Assembly (NCBI GenBank): GCA_964016885.1
Contig: OZ024741.1
Coordinates: 215,078,001-215,142,000, forward strand
Source: Eledone cirrhosa
Taxonomy: Eukaryota
DNA length: 64,000 bases
Direction: 5' to 3'
Below the pieces are notes generated by a model. The model did not search any database and was not told the DNA's origin. It saw only the letters and a program-made list of their open reading frames with translations. This document shows, piece by piece, positions 13,502 through 27,224 of this stretch. Position numbers and translations under genes: made by a program. The first letter of the stretch is position 1; every line of letters begins with the position of its first letter.

Positions 13502-15928
13502 TCGAAATATAACAAAGGAATATGTAAAAAACTATGGGTCCGAAAAATCAGAGACAGAGAGGACGACTGACCCGCTTTCACCTCGGCCAGTCGCCCTCAA
13601 AGTGATGGCAACTCAGTCTACTAATGACCATCTGGTAGGGGGCGAAGGCTTATAATGCACTACCACCTCTCCGTCAAAGAATAAAAAAGGGGAAGAAAGA
13701 AAGGAAGAAAGAAGAAAAAAAGAAAGAAGTTAGCGTAAAGGTCACACTACAGTCATGTTAGAAAACGCTGCGAAAACTGTTATTCCAAAGAATCTATATT
13801 TTAACAAAGGCATATATAATGGGTGTCTGTATGGTCTAATGTGTGAACAGAAAATTGGAACGTTAAACTTATGTTACGAGTTATAGGATGAAATTAAATT
13901 AAAAAATAAATTGAAAAATGATAAATGGAAAAAATAAATTTAATAAATTAAAACATTAGAAAATTAAAGGTTAAGTTAGCGAGATTTATTTAATGAACTT
14001 ACAGAGAGAGTCTTATAGGAAAAAGTTAATCTCGATAAGATATCAGGTTGGGATATAGAGTAAGGATTAAAGCCTTCGATTGAGAATCGCAGCCAGCACC
14101 TCCTAACCACGTGTCAGCCAGTTTAGAGTGGTATCGTCCAGCGAAAGAAATGGAAATTAATATTTCCGAGTACTCTAGGAATGTAGCTACCATAGGCCCC
14201 AGGTGTGCTAGCGGGAAGTCTACAATTTCGACAGGCCATCGTCTATACCAAACGAATACTATTAATTCACGCATGAGGGGTTTATTTACGTGCCAGTAGA
14301 AGCATGATACAGCTAACAGTTATGTCTAAGCCTGGAGTTTATAGGTATAAGTATAATATGGCGGTCAAAACAGGCAGCGCGGCGGAGCCGGGGCCAAGCC
14401 ACCCACTCCGAGTAATTTCGTTTACCGAAAGAGGGGAAATTTATTTTTCCAAGCACTCAAGGAAGGCTGAACTTTCCGGGCGCCACGCGCGCAGCCGGGA
14501 AAAGCCCCCACATAATCGTAGGTAGCAAACCCAATGAAAAGTGCAAATATACCATAATTATTTTAAAGTCCCAGTTAGTCCGGGTTATAAGTAGTGTGGT
14601 TCTTTGGTGGGTAGGGGGCTATGAAAGGTGCATAATGACCTGAGTAAGGAAAGTTACAAATAAATAAAAGCACGATACAAACATAAAATACAAAGATAAA
14701 CAATACATTGATAAAAATACATTAATAAACTAATAAAAGTAAAAAGTAAAATACATAAATAAAACGCCTTCATAGCTAGGGTAGTGATGTAGTAAGACGG
14801 AAGTATATAAGAACATATCGGAGGAAACAGAGCAAAGGGGAAATACAGTATAGATCAAGTTGTAGTAAGATAATATAGATTGTACATATAGATATAGAGG
14901 ATGGAAGAGATGTAATGGTAACAGGTGGTACCTAGTGGAAAGTTCGGGTCTCCGAATTCAGTGTGAGTCACAAAAAAGTCCTGAGGTATAGAGTAGAGAG
15001 TTCAGTCAATACAATACATGTTTTAGTATAATACGTAGAATTTTGTCGGAATCCCAATATTCCCGACAAGGAAGGAGCATCGGGTGGGCGGTAGACAAAG
15101 CACAGAGCAGCCAAAATCCGAATGGTAAGTAGATCAGTTAATGTGCTTGGAAAAATAAATTTCCCCTCTTTCGGTAAACGAAATTACTCGGAGCGGGTGG
15201 CTTGGCCCCGGGTCCGCCGCGCCGCCTGTTTTGACCGCCATAGTATACTTATACCGATAAACTCCAGCTGGCACGTAAATAAACCCCTCATGTGTGAATT
15301 AATAGTATTCGTTTGATATAGACGATGGCCTGTCGAAATTGTAGACTTCCCGCTAGCACACTCGGGCCTAAGGTAGCTACGTTCCTAGAGTACTCGGAAA
15401 TCAATTTCCATTTCTTTCGCTGGACGAAATAAATCTCGCTAACTTAACCTTTAATTTTCTAATGTTTTAATTTTTTTAATTTATTTTTCCATTTATCATT
15501 TTTCAATTTGTTTTTTAATTTAATTTCATCTTATAACTCATAACATAAGTTTAACGTTCCAATTTTCTGTTCACACATTAGACCATACAGACACCCATTA
15601 TATATGCCTTTGTTAAAATATAGATTCTTTGGAATAACATTTTTCGCAGCGTTTTCTAGCATGACTGTAGTGTGACCCTTACGCCGACTTCTTTCTTTTT
15701 TTCTTCTTTCTTCCATTTTTTCTTTCTTCCCCTTTTTTTATTCTTTGACGGTGAGGTGGTAGTGCATTATAAGCCTTCGCCCCCTCACCAGTTGGTCATT
15801 AGTAGACTGAGTTGCCATCACTTTGAGGGCGACTGGCCTAGGTGAAAGCGGCTAGTTGGTCAGTCGTCCTCTCTGTCTCTGATTTTTCGGACCCATGGTT
15901 TTTTACATATTCCTTTGTTATATTTCGA

Positions 15929-15986
15929 ATACCTGATGTTATCACCGGATTCATATGGAACCCGGTCATTGAAATGATCATAGTAT
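15929..15986 (+). ncRNA. Type I HHR, inverted partner copy (A9 mutated, CTGATGT)
   Basis: ATAC-CTGATGT-...-GAAA-TGATCA-TA-GTAT. Confidence 0.65.
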
Positions 15987-16384
15987 AATAAACCTTTCAA
16001 GGATTTACACCAGTCCAGCATCCTGTTATTTTATTTATAATTAACTCCGTATTCGCACCACGAACAAGGAAGGTGGCCGGTGTCTAAAATCCATACTAAC
16101 ATCACACGAGTTCCGGATAGTAACACTGAAGCAACATCTTCAGCAGAATAAAAAAGGTCAGCAAACACCTTGCTCAGGTTTATGAGCAAGAAGGACATAA
16201 TATCATTAGGATACCCATTGATCTGGAGGAGAGATATGGAATAAGATCTGATATAAATCTCTCTCTCGGGGACATTGGAAGATCCTATTCAATGCTTGAA
16301 CAAGATAACAAAATGGACAAATTTACAGAGACGGTTGTGCGTGGGTAGCTGAGACGAAATCGCAGACCATAGATAAATCATTCA

Positions 16385-17065
16385 AAAAGCCAGGCATGTT
16401 GTTCCGGCAAGTTTATGAAATCACACATTGAAGGATATCTCGATGCAATACAGGCTCTAGAAATCCCTACCAAATAACTGCTAAACAAAAGAGGAGGGCC
16501 ACCAGGCTTTGTAAAGTAAAGATCGAAGATGTTAGCCACATTGTTGCTAACTGCGAAAGAATGTCGTCGCGCTACTAACTCCCTATGAGACACGATGCGA
16601 TAGCTAGAATCATCTGGAACGCACTTTGGAAAGTAAAATTAAAAACAAATGTGGAGGTATTTGTTGAGATAGATGGCTCTAAGGAATACTGGTAGAACCT
16701 GAAAACAAAAACTGTCATCAAAATGAAGGCACAACCGGCCTGATATTGTTGTTTGGGACCCTGCATTGAAAACGTGCTCTGTTGTAGAGATCAGTTGCCC
16801 ACTTGATGTAAACGTTGTAAGAAAAATACAAGAGGAGGACATCTAGGAGAAAAATACATTGATGAGGAGTTTGCAGATCCAGTATCCAAGATACACCTTC
16901 AGCTTCATACCTATCATTATTGGAGCTACAGGTTATATACCAACACCCTTGGACCAAAGTATAACTGAACTTGGATCTGTGGACAAAGAACGCAGCTCAC
17001 TTATTCATAGACTACAAATGGATGCGATAGCTGGCACCTTCAAAATTTACAAACATTCTTGCGAT
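16385..17065 (+). pseudogene. 3' fragment of an R4/Dong-like RLE non-LTR retrotransposon
   Basis: Fragmented SHIEGYLDAIQ, RHDAIARIIWN, RPDIVVWD..VVEISCPLDVN, PIIIGATG; followed by (TACA)n. Confidence 0.75.
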
Positions 17066-17162
17066 TCAAGGGGTGGGAATTTCTTTTACAGCCTTGCCAC
17101 CAGGAAGGTGGCTGGTCAAAGATGTACGCGAAATGAAAAGAAAGAGAAACATAGATGCATTC

Positions 17163-17260
17163 ACATACATACGTACATACATACATACATACATACATAC
17201 ATACATACATACATACATACATACATACATACATACATACATACATACATACATACATAC
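17163..17260. repeat. (TACA)n microsatellite
   Basis: Direct reading; it separates two RLE elements. Confidence 0.95.
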
Positions 17261-17269
17261 AATACACAG

Positions 17270-20200
17270 TCAACGCGATCAGTCGCATATTTTGGCGTGG
17301 GAGACTATTTATTAAATTTAAGATGAATACTATCTCCGACAGTAATGCCACAGCTACAGTCATATTGAATAACTGGTTATTCTTCTAACTATATCTACTG
17401 AAGACACCTTTTATTCGAATTCGTAGAGATATCCGACTAAATACATAATACATTTTACAAGGATTTGCTACAAACAGCATGACTCAACACATCATCAACA
17501 ACAACATCAAGGAAGTATCGAAGATAAACAACGAGAAAGGTAAACAAAATGTAATCAATTGTAGCTACAGAAGAAACCGAAATTATAAATTGTATTTCTC
17601 TTGGAGTTGCGAACTTAATGATGATTTATTTAATTGTTATAAAATGACAAAAGACAATCCCTCCATTGGCTATATGAACAGAATGAAGCTACACTGTGAT
17701 GAAATGCACCCAGAGCTAAATTATTTCGCAGCGAAACAATTACGCCAACAAGCGACGTTTGTTGAACGTAAAAATAAAATAAATATTATTAATTGTAAGT
17801 CCCTCACAACAAACATGGAATCAACAACACGTGCTACAGATCGCCATGCTACTAGACTTCCTAGCAGCCAGGTCGAACAGCGCCTTGAAACAACTATGCC
17901 TGTAAGAAACTTGACACCACCTGTACCATCTAAATCTACCTCGAATGCTGGTGAAAACACTATCGATAATAATAATAATCGAAGAAATAATAATAATCGA
18001 AGAAATTTGACACCACGTGTACCATCCGAGTATACCTCGACTATTGTGGAAAATACTATCGATAATGATAATAATCAAAAGTATAAACAATTGAAAATTT
18101 CCCTCATCGAAATCTTTCGGAGAGAAATTAATTCATGTATAAATATCTCTCTTGCTGAACGTATTAAAACGAAAATATTTAATAAAAAAACAAATAATGA
18201 AATATTACGTGTTATTAACAAAATAGGGATGAATATTTACGACGGATAAAAACCCCAACATTTTGGCAAATCAACGCCTGTTTATATGCCTTAGCAACGA
18301 CAGTGAAGCATTATCTTGGTGATAGCAGAGATATTAACAAGAACAAAACACCACCAAAATACCATCATATATAACTAAAATAGATAAACAGATTGCTGAC
18401 CTAAAACAACCATAGGATATGTGACAATGCTCCTTACATGCAAACAAACACAAAAAACCTCACTCCTCACCAACAAAGAATGAAAAATAAAATAGAGACG
18501 ATATTTGGTAACAGTAGAACCAGAACTCCTCAATATAAGCTGATCACCCTCAAACAAGAATTGAGAGTTGTTAGCGAAAAGTGTTTAAAAAAAGATTCAG
18601 ACGAAACCAAACATCAGTCTATAGAGATATGAAGGGCAAAATAATAAGTGTCCCAGAAAGACATAGATTCCTTTTGGAGAAAAATATAGGGTGAAAAGAT
18701 GAATTTCAACCAAGATGCAGTATGGCTAAAAGAAATCCGAAAGAACTATTGCTCCTACACTGCAACAAAACCATACGAAATAAGTGAGGGTACCCTTGAG
18801 ACTGTGATAGGATAACTCCAAGATAAGAAAACACCAGGAAGAGACATGATTGTCGGCTACTAGTACAAAAAACTGATATTCTATCGGGGGTATCTTACTG
18901 ACAACTACCAACAAGTTCTTAAGAGAGATACACTTATACCAGAATGGTTGACATTAGCACAAACGTTACTGGTCCCCAAGAACAAAGACACCCACTTGGC
19001 AAAAAACTACCGACCCATTGCATGCCAGAACCTGATGTATAAGATGTATACAGCCTGCCTGAACCTATTCCGCCAAGATAACTGTACAAATAATATCATC
19101 ATCATCACAGATGAACAAGCAGCTGGAAAGAAAGGAGTTTGGGGATGTGCTGAACAACTCCTAATCAACAAAACTGCGATGTCGGAGGTGCGACAACTTA
19201 GGAGGAATATGGCTACAGTCTGGTTGGACTACAGGAAAGCTTTCGATTCTGTTCCCCACTCTTGGATGATAGAGGCCCTCCAAATTGCTAAAGTCCCAGA
19301 CATTATTATCAGAGCCATAGAGAAGCTGTCTTCTTGAGCTACTATCCTAAGGTTAAAGACAGAGAAGGAGGACTCTAATTTCACTGATAAAATAAAATAT
19401 CGCAAGGGTGTATTTCAGGGAGACAGTCTCTCTGTGATATTATTCGTCCTGTCCTTTCTGCTCAGGAAATGTGAAGGATACATCATAGGCTCGCAGGAGG
19501 ACAGAAATACGAACCTAACCCATAATTTCTTTGTTGATGATCTGAAACTCTATGCCAAGAACATGGATGGGATGCAGAAAAATCTTAACCTGGTTACAAC
19601 GTTCTCAAAGGATATAGGAATGGAGTTTGGCCAAGATAAATGCTCATATATGACTGTAAAGCGGGGAAAAACAACAACCCAATCTAGCAACATTGTCGTC
19701 AATGGCCTAACTGTTTCACCGATATCTGATGAGGACTGCTACAGATACCTGGGATATATGAGAACATATCTTGTAATGGTATCTGTAAAAACTCTCTGCG
19801 CAAAACAAAAACAGTGGCTCACAATGTGTTTGCTGTGCCTGTCCTAACACCAACGTTTGGAATACTCAATTGGACGATAGACCAAAGTTGATGTTAGAAC
19901 TCGAAAAATACTAAACAGCTCCGGAAACTTCCACATCAACAGTGATATAGACCGCCTTTACTTGAAACGTAAGCAGGGAGACAGAGGCCTAACATCAGTC
20001 CAGACAGCATTTGAATGTCGTATCATATCCCTCCGACAACATCTACGAACCTCGAAGCGTTGGAGCCCGTCTCTCGAGCAAGTCTATCTGCATGAAACAT
20101 AAGATTATGAGAGTTGGGAAGGGACTCCTCCAGAGATATTCCCTCTGTGATAATCAAAAACTCACACCCAGGGATGTCGCTCAGCAGTATCGCAGTGAAT

Positions 20201-21131
20201 CCATTGATGAAAAGCTGCATGCTTATCAGCAAAAAATCATGCGTGGATATGTTGCCAGGGAGCTCCAGAGTGAGAGTAATATAGACAAGGAAAGTAGTCT
20301 ATCTCGAACCAACAACCGCTATATTGGCTCCCACTTTGAAGGATACGCTTTTGCATTCCAGAAACAGGAGATTAATACGAAATACCTGATTCACAAAAGA
20401 GATAGGGATGCAGGCAAACACCTATATGTGATAACAAGTGCAGACTCTGCAGAACTAACATCGAGGATATCACCCATGTCATCAGCAGCTGTCCAAAGAT
20501 GTCATCGCGGTACTAACTACCTATGAGGCATGATGTAGTGGCCAAACACTGTACAATGCAATCCGTAGAAAAGATATCCCCGATAATATACACATTAAAA
20601 GCTACAGCAATGCAGAAGACATCCATATACATAATATGAAAGAGTACTGGTGGACTGTTCCAGTAAAAAAAACAATAAAATGCAAGCATAACAGACCAGA
20701 TATTATGATATGGGACAGGGAAAAGAAGGCATGCACAGTAGTGGAAGTTAGCTGCCCAGCAGATGTCAATATAATATCAAAGATTAACGAAAAGGAGAAT
20801 ATTTATGCAGAACTGATGAGAAATCTGCAGATACTCCACCCTGATTACACCTTCAGATTTATGCTTGTGATTATTGGGGCACTGAGGTATGTTAGTAACT
20901 GTCGCAATACAAATCTTGAGAAGCTAGGTTTCACAGGAACAGAAAGAACACAACTAGTTAGGAAATTACAAGTATAATCCATTAATGGAACAGTAAAAAT
21001 ATGTAAAACATTCCAAAAATGTTGCATCTAATAACTGCATATACACATGTATTCCAATGAGAGAGTCTTGTGTCTATGTTAGAAACCGACTCTCTATTGG
21101 TAAAACTTTGTGAAATTATAAAACCAGAAGA
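17270..21131 (+). mobile_element. Near full-length decayed R4/Dong-clade RLE non-LTR retrotransposon
   Basis: Single degenerate ORF with N-terminal domain, RT, CCHC knuckle and PD-(D/E)xK nuclease; (TACA)n on both sides. Confidence 0.88.
17479..21030 (+). pseudogene. RT + restriction-like endonuclease, many stops and frameshifts
   Basis: WSCELNDDLFNCY..GYMNRM; NYRPIAC, GCAEQLLIN, WLDYRKAFDSVPH, GVFQGDSLS, FFVDDLKLY; CRLC..EDITHVISSC, RHD, RPDIMIWD..VVEVSCP. Confidence 0.9.
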
Positions 21132-21230
21132 ACATACATGCATACATACATACATACATACATACATACATACATACATACATACATACATACATACACA
21201 CATACATACATACATACATGCATACATATT
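21132..21230. repeat. (TACA)n microsatellite
   Basis: Direct reading; at the 3' end of the RLE element. Confidence 0.95.
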
Positions 21231-21459
21231 TGTGTACATGTGTTAATTTATTTGTTTGTGTGTATATACTAAAACAAATATTAGTTTGACTATTTCACAC
21301 TGAAAAAAGAGAGAGAATTTTTTTCAAATACAAAACTAATTCTGTGATGTTTGAACTTTTAATAGTTTATAATCCTACTTAGTAATTTATCATAGGCTGT
21401 CATTAATAATATACACACCAATACACACAATCACGAACACGGACATGCTCCCACACACA

Positions 21460-23069
<1,610 letters not shown>

Positions 23070-23452
23070 TGAAACTTGATCTCAATAATGCTGACTTGAT
23101 ACTTTAGCACTAACAGCACGGACGTGGATTTTTTGGTCTTGCTAGTGACTTGTCCATTCTTGCACAAATACTTCAACAATGGGGGCCTCTCTCTTTACGT
23201 GTTACGGGACTGTTTTGGTGCACTTTCAAATGATGTTTCTGTCCACCAACTGAAGTACACTCCTTTTGCACACTCCTCACAATCTGAAATGCCATGTAAT
23301 GCACAGTTGACAATGTCCCCGTGTACCTGGTTTCTCAGAAGGCTTCCAAAGGACGACCCTCATGGACATAACCGGCCACAATTTTTACATCCTTCACACA
23401 CACACATACTCCACACACATATATTGCCAATCCACCTTCCTTCTGTTACGAT

Positions 23453-23585
23453 GTGTGAAAAACTACAAACCCTCCATCTCAATTCTACTTTTGAAAAGCA
23501 CAAGAACTGCGAAACCGGTGAAGGAACCAAATAAATATTTTTAAAAAGACTCCAGTTGTATTTTCGATTTCATCTTTTTTCCTTA
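23453..23585 (+). mobile_element. PLE pLTR family D (HHR 23487-23524, cleavage triplet mutated to GUG)
   Basis: Homologous to 32033-32180 and 55152-55290; CTT-TTGAAAA-GCA..TGC-GAAA-CCGG-TG-AAG. Confidence 0.72.
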
Positions 23586-23752
23586 TATATATATATATTG
23601 TTATACTTTGGGAGGGTCATGATGCCAATAAGAAACACACGCACCAGTTGCTTTCACTTCAATTTATTATATATTTATAAATTCATAAATTTATAAATTT
23701 ATAAATTTCTGGTTGGTTGGTTGATTCCACAACCAGATAGTTGTTTATATAT

Positions 23753-23797
23753 AGTCATAGTTCTTTCGTCACACACTCTGTGACCTCTTCAGTGACT
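23753..23797 (-). ncRNA. Minimal type I HHR (family A, inverted copy)
   Basis: Reverse complement of the 24308-24352 motif. Confidence 0.85.
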
Positions 23798-23837
23798 GGT
23801 GATTCCTTTCTTTGTTTCTGTGCCTCTCCTTTGTTCT

Positions 23838-24107
23838 GTGTACATAGGTGAGACAGCTCGTAGTGTAAGGGAACGGATAAATGAACACTGGCGAGACCTT
23901 CAAGATAATAAAGAATCATCTGTACTCTACCAACATGCTAAGATAGAACACAAGGGTAAATTAGAGAACATAGAAATAAAAATAGAATCTACACACAGAA
24001 AAGACGCAATGTTTAGACAAATTACAGAGGCAATAAACATAAAAGAATTACAACCAAAATTAAATAGAAAATTTGAGTGGAACAGCAACATCACAACTTA
24101 CAATTAA
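23838..24107 (+). pseudogene. GIY-YIG endonuclease C-terminal part (Nematis-like PLE)
   Basis: VYIGETARSVRERINEH..SVLYQHAKIEH..RQITEAINI..LNRKFEW. Confidence 0.85.
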
Positions 24108-24307
24108 GGACAAAATGAAAACACACACACACATAGAACAAACAACCAACCAGTAACATGTAAATAAACAAATAAATAAATGAACATAAACGCACACAGA
24201 CACCCGGATGTGGCGCATGCGCAGACTGAGGACACAACACACACACAGAAACAAAATGGCGTAGGACAGAACAAAGGAGAGGCACAGAAACAAAGAAAGG
24301 AATCCCC

Positions 24308-24352
24308 AGTCACTGAAGAGGTCACAGACTGTGTGACGAAAGAACTATGACT
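24308..24352 (+). ncRNA. Minimal type I HHR (family A)
   Basis: AGTCA-CTGAAGAG-GTCACA gactg TGTGAC-GAAA-GAAC-TA-TGACT. Confidence 0.85.
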
Positions 24353-24560
24353 ATATATAAACAACTATCTGGTTGTGGAACCAACCAACCAGAAATTTAT
24401 AAATTTATAAATTTATAAATTTATAAATATATAATAAATTGAAGTGAAAGCAACTGGTGCGTGTGTTTCTTATTGGCAACATGACCCTCCCAAAGTATAA
24501 CAATATCGGTTTCAACACACGATTTCAGATAAAGAATCTTGCTAAACAAATTCAGAAACG

Positions 24561-24601
<41 letters not shown>

Positions 24602-24636
24602 TATATTCATTTAACCTTTAAATATATATATATATA

Positions 24637-25070
24637 TATATTAATAAGAGGAATTCCAACTTTGTCTGATTTACTCGTTTTATTTACAATCCTTTAAAAT
24701 ATATATAATGGTATTATAATGAAATAGTATGATAGAATATTAAATTCTAAGTGTTAATTGAACAAGTACTTTCATGCTTTCGCAATCTTCAGGTTCATGA
24801 TATGTGGTGACAGTCGAGTTTGCAATTTTCAACTGTGAAAATTGCAAACTCGACTGTCACCACATATCATGAACCTGAAGATTGCGAAAGCATGAAAGTA
24901 CTTGTTCAATTAACACTTAGAATTTAATATTCTATCATACTATTTCATTATAATACCATTATATATATTTTAAAGGATTGTAAATAAAACGAGTAAATCA
25001 GACAAAGTTGGTATTCCTCTTATTAATATAATCTTCTATACACAATCATACACACCCGTGTATATTTACC
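24637..25070. mobile_element. Family C head-to-head pLTR palindrome (arms 24637-24831 and 24836-25030, plus tail)
   Basis: About 195-bp arms with one visible mismatch and a 4-bp spacer; HHRs at 24759-24797 (-) and 24870-24908 (+). Confidence 0.9.
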
Positions 25071-25072
25071 TA

Positions 25073-25164
<92 letters not shown>

Positions 25165-25304
25165 TAACAGATTAAAGTTTAAGCAAAGAATCGCTGCTTT
25201 CAACCTTAAAGGGATGTTCTGAAACTAAAAAAGTCAATCGGTGAACGCAGAAGTAAATATTTCAAAAAACGTTGCAACCGGAGTAAGACAGGAAGACGAT
25301 ACTT

Positions 25305-25577
25305 TGGTTCGTGGAAACGTTCCCTGGCAAAGAACGAAAAAAAAACGAAGATAATACGTCATTATTTGGATCGTTGAAAACAATTCCACGCTACGTCACA
25401 ACCACGTAAATAGTATAAATGAAGTCATAGACTAATGTTATATTAGGTGGTTCATGGAAACGTTCTCTGGCAATGAACGGAAGAAACGAAAATAATACAT
25501 CATTATGTGGTGCGATGAGAACAATTGCACGCAAAGACAGAACCGCGTAAATGGTATAACTGAAGTCGTAGACTAAA
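25305..25577 (+). repeat. Diverged tandem duplication, ~143-bp period
   Basis: TGGTTC.TGGAAACGTTC.CTGGCAA...GAAGTC.TAGACTAA occurs at 25306 and 25448. Confidence 0.8.
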
Positions 25578-25990
25578 ATTCTAACTAGGAAACCGAATGA
25601 TTCTCGGCTTCAGAGTTAAGAATAAAGTAAATAAAATACAGAGGTAATTGAAATTAAATAAATACACGCATCCATATACACAAGCATACGCGAAAACACT
25701 CGCCATAGGTATACAAATACAAGCACGTACACAAAAAACCCCACACGCACATACAGAACCCACGCACATATACGAACGTATACACCAAATATACATAAAA
25801 ATATATATAAAAAAATATATATATATGTGTGTGCGTGTATACATATAATTAAATAAACGTATATAAATAAATAAATTCGTACATAACGCTCGCACACATA
25901 TATGTAAAAGGTAAACAGAAATAACAACACCATCGGTGCAGTATATGAAAGGAATATATGAGGTTAATGCTTGAAATAGCAGGAAGAGGG

Positions 25991-26026
25991 TCTTAACGTT
26001 TTGGACGCTAGTCCTTCATCAGAAGA
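25991..26026 (-). ncRNA. Minimal HHR with G12A mutation, in a solo pLTR fragment
   Basis: Minus strand: TCTT-CTGATGA-A-GGAC tagc GTCC-AAAA-CG-TT-AAGA. Confidence 0.65.
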
Positions 26027-26149
26027 AAGAATGAAAAATTAGATTGACTGAAGGGACGGGTGGGGTAGAATATATGCATGTATATGTATATGTCTCCTTT
26101 GATTTATTCATGCACCGTCACAAGAACATATCGGTTCGTAATTTAGGCT

Positions 26150-26305
26150 CCAAACCCAGCAGTTTGTGGGGACGGTAAAATTCTATTAAACCCTTCCCTC
26201 AAATGGAAGGAAGGCAAATGTGACCTCGACGAGATTTGACCGCAAAACGTAAACAAATGCTACATATAACTTGTCCAACATTCTATCGATGTTGCCAATC
26301 CACCT
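26150..26305 (-). mobile_element. Degenerate Nin/Deu-core SINE
   Basis: GAAGGCAAATGTGACCTCGACGAGATTTGA...TTGCCAATCCACC, similar to 10860-10985. Confidence 0.6.
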
Positions 26306-26342
26306 TCCTTCTGTTACGATCTATTATTTTACGACAGACAAC

Positions 26343-26641
26343 TAAAGCCTAAAGTTTGTCTCGGGCTCAGAGGCTCATCAGGCCAGTGGTTATCCTAGTT
26401 CCCATGGCGGTAAGCGACTGAGAGTACAATACACACCCCCACCCCCCGGACAGGACGCCTGTCCATCGCAGGGTTAAACTCGCAGCTATTTCTGGTATTC
26501 ATTTTCAGTTGAGTATACTGGAGCAACATGAAATGAAGTGTTTTGTACAAGAACACAACATAAAATCTATTCCAGGAAGTAAACCCACAACATTATGGTC
26601 GTAATTCCAACACCTTTACCACCAGGCCACGCGCTTCCATC
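26343..26641 (-). mobile_element. tRNA-derived SINE with Meta-like domain, 12-bp TSD
   Basis: tRNA-like head and AACCCTGCGATGGAC..TACTCTCAGTCGCTT..GGCCTGATGAGCC; TSD ACGACAGACAAC at 26331-26342 and 26642-26653. Confidence 0.8.
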
Positions 26642-26889
26642 ACGACAGACAACCCAAATATAAAATTACAACTATAAGGAATCTGAGGTATCTTCGTCAT
26701 AATCCATCGACTGTTTTATCTCCCGGCACTGACCGTTGGTGAACCCATGGTGGAAGGGTCGATACTGTGGTAACCATTTGGACCAGCCCTTTCTTCTACC
26801 CACCACATAGGTAGCTCCAAAACTATGTCGTGGACCAAGTCGAATGTAACACTAAATATGAGGTACTCCGTCAGATACGTCGAGGAGTG

Positions 26890-27170
26890 TTCTAATTGAT
26901 CCGATTAATGGAACAGCCTGCTCGTGAAATTAACGTGCAAGTGGCTGAGCATTCCACAGACACGCGTGCCATTAACGTAGTTCTCAGGAAGATTCAGTGT
27001 GACACAGAATTTGAGAAGGTTGGGAATTCAAACTACAGGTACAACTCATTTTTGCCAGCTGAGGAAATTGGAGCAACGGGAAGTAAAGTGTCTTGCTCAA
27101 GGACACAACTAGTCGCCGGGATTCGAACTCACAAGCTTACGTTTGTGAACTGAATAACATAACCACAAAG
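26890..27170 (-). mobile_element. tRNA-derived CORE-like SINE
   Basis: Minus strand: B box GAGTTCGAATCCC followed by GTGTCCTTGAGCAAGACACTT. Confidence 0.7.
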
Positions 27171-27224
27171 TCACTGAATATAATTGTACAGAAAAACAAG
27201 TTACCGATGTATCTCACAAAGACA

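Larger units (their letters stand above)
13400..16030. mobile_element. Non-coding PLE remnant forming a large inverted repeat (arms 13400-14456 and 15143-16030)
   Basis: The arms are reverse complements (the right arm has two internal deletions); 686-bp spacer; each arm carries an outward-facing HHR. Confidence 0.8.
23597..24565 (+). mobile_element. PLE family A: inverted pLTR + GIY-YIG fragment + pLTR with tail
   Basis: 23597-23839 is the reverse complement of 24266-24506; HHRs at 23753-23797 (-) and 24308-24352 (+); (TA)n flanks. Confidence 0.9.
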
